DNA of 64,000 nucleotides from Caldisericota bacterium (GTDB lineage: Bacteria; Caldisericota; Caldisericia; JAAYUI01), in assembly GCA_029548865.1 (NCBI GenBank), contig JAKPMO010000002.1, positions 32,001 to 96,000 of the forward strand, given 5' to 3'. This document shows, in pieces, positions 62,300 to 64,000 of this stretch (positions within the stretch are counted from its first letter, which is position 1; each line of letters opens with the position of its first letter). The notes below the pieces were generated by a model that made no database searches, was not told the origin of the DNA, and saw only the letters and a list, made by a program, of their open reading frames with translations. A program made the translations under genes and the position numbers.

Positions 62300-64000
62300 A
62301 TGAGGAGAAATTTTGTTTTTTCGCTTTTGGTTGCAGTTCTTGTATTTTCAATCTTTTTTGTCAATATGCCACATATTTTTGCGCTGCTGGGGCCTATCCA
62401 TGTTGAGCTTAATATTATGGGAGATTCACCATCCTCGGTGAGGGCTGGCCAGGCGACTGCTTTCAAAATCCACATCAGGTTTAATGTAAACATCAGGGTC
62501 CACGACTGGGTGAAGGTCTGGTTCCCGATTGACGAGGCCTCGTGCAAGCTGGAGGACATCTGTGACGGGATGCCGAAAATCACTGGCGCAAAAGAGCACC
62601 CAAGGTTTGTGCCAAATGATGAGTACTTCAAGAAATACAACAACGAAGAGGAAGCAAAAATTGGGAAGCTTTATGAAGCGCTAGATGATAGAAGGGGAAA
62701 AACCAGCTTTGAGAAATGCGAGTGTGAGGATGGTGCTCCGCCGTACAGCAACTGCGCACCTGAGGGCAATTGCAGGATAATTGCCGATCCATCTGGCCTG
62801 GGGTGCTGGATGACCGGTATGGTCATGCCTGCACTGCCAAGAGATGAAAAAAAGCGTTATGAATTAATGCATTCGATAATACATGAAGCAAGGCTTGGTT
62901 ACTATGATGATTGTTATTGCAGTGGTATACCAATAATTATTAATACATACAAAGAGCGATCTTTGCAAATCAATTCCCCACTCGAAGTCGAAGCATGGCG
63001 GAAGGGATACAATCCAATTGATTATAATATTGGAAAAGGGGCTGGCATCCTTGCCCCGATGACACCCGGAAGATACAGGCTTTCTGTTGCAACAGCGCCG
63101 GAGCCAACGCCTGTCGAATCGGAATACTTTGTTTTCCCGTGTTCCCAAATTTCAAGGCCGGTCGTGACGCTTGCTGGTTCCGATCCGGGCGAGCCAAGCG
63201 ACATTGCAATAAAATTCAGTGTTGGCGATGGTGGCGCACTGGACAAGGGAAAATCGAAAATCTGGGTGCGCTTTCCAGAGAGTTTTGTTTTTCCGGAGGC
63301 AATAAATGCCAGGCATGTAAAAATAAACGGGGATACCCTTGAGGCAAGCCCAAAGATTGACAGCCAGTCGCACGCCATCGAGATCACCTGTCCGGTGAAC
63401 ATAAATAATGCTGGAGAGGTCAACATCGCCTTTTCCCCAGAGGCCGGAATAAGAAACCCTCCCAAGGAGACAGAGGCAACACTTACCGTGTGGACAGACC
63501 CGGAACCGGAAAAAGTCGAGTCACTGCCGTTTGTGGTCGAGACGAAGCCAAGGGTGGAAGTGAAACCCAATATCTTCAGCAACATTGCCGAATATTACGC
63601 AGTGGCTTTGCTCCCCGACGGGCCAATAAAGGCCGGAAAGGAATTCAAAATCATTTTCCCGGACGGCACTTTGCTGCCAGAAACTATTGCCTCTTCAAGC
63701 ATTGTTCTTAATGGAAGGAAGTATGACGGAAAGACATCGATAGGCTGGCAAACCGTTTCGCTCAGGTCGTACTTCGACATTGTGGATGCCCTGAAAATCA
63801 GGTTCCTCAAAACTGCCGGCATCAGGAACCCCCTGCCCGGCGAATACGAGCTCTCATACGAAGTGGATGGCAAGGGGTATGCTTTCCCAAAATACATCAT
63901 TTCAGACAGGCATGAAGTCCTTGATCTCATGCTAAGCGACTACCAGGGCTGTGAGCGGTCCGGATACAAATTCACCTACATACCATCCTACAGAGGTGAT
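62300..64000 (+). CDS. Large secreted protein with Ig-like repeats, 3'-truncated by window edge (absent from ORF track)
   Basis: AGGAGG RBS, ATG 62300 MRRNFVFSLLVAVLVF signal peptide; frame appears open to the window end; recurring .FP....P..I....V..NG and G(I)RNP motifs. Confidence 0.85.
   Translation, partial: MRRNFVFSLLVAVLVFSIFFVNMPHIFALLGPIHVELNIMGDSPSSVRAGQATAFKIHIRFNVNIRVHDWVKVWFPIDEASCKLEDICDGMPKITGAKEHPRFVPNDEYFKKYNNEEEAKIGKLYEALDDRRGKTSFEKCECEDGAPPYSNCAPEGNCRIIADPSGLGCWMTGMVMPALPRDEKKRYELMHSIIHEARLGYYDDCYCSGIPIIINTYKERSLQINSPLEVEAWRKGYNPIDYNIGKGAGILAPMTPGRYRLSVATAPEPTPVESEYFVFPCSQISRPVVTLAGSDPGEPSDIAIKFSVGDGGALDKGKSKIWVRFPESFVFPEAINARHVKINGDTLEASPKIDSQSHAIEITCPVNINNAGEVNIAFSPEAGIRNPPKETEATLTVWTDPEPEKVESLPFVVETKPRVEVKPNIFSNIAEYYAVALLPDGPIKAGKEFKIIFPDGTLLPETIASSSIVLNGRKYDGKTSIGWQTVSLRSYFDIVDALKIRFLKTAGIRNPLPGEYELSYEVDGKGYAFPKYIISDRHEVLDLMLSDYQGCERSGYKFTYIPSYRGD

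Overview
Bacterial chromosomal segment of moderate GC with about 50 protein-coding genes. I saw no rRNA, tRNA, CRISPR array, transposase or phage genes. Housekeeping blocks are cmk-plsC/arcC, pdxS-pdxT-yebC-ruvC-ruvA-ade, dnaN-recF-DUF721-cupin PGI, fhs-folD-nadK-recN-ligA, and thiT under a clear TPP riboswitch. These alternate with many secreted or surface proteins, six of which carry a copper-amine-oxidase-N-terminal-like ('stalk') domain; this is reminiscent of Caldisericota-type genomes (inference only). The best candidates for undescribed biology are: (1) a 1799-aa surface protein made of 17 tandem copies of an 8-cysteine, probably OB-fold-like repeat with a 4-unit higher-order duplication; (2) a two-gene non-cellulosomal cohesin-dockerin system, in which a cohesin+stalk anchor precedes a 1709-aa double beta-propeller protein ending in cohesin+dockerin; (3) a cluster of three stalk-domain c-type cytochromes, two sharing a 133/134-bp identical tract over the heme site, possibly linked to a MacB-type ABC/thioredoxin operon with conserved cysteines; (4) a candidate ~90-nt small RNA with anti-Shine-Dalgarno motifs between two terminators. 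All family assignments are by-eye motif recognition; no searches were run.
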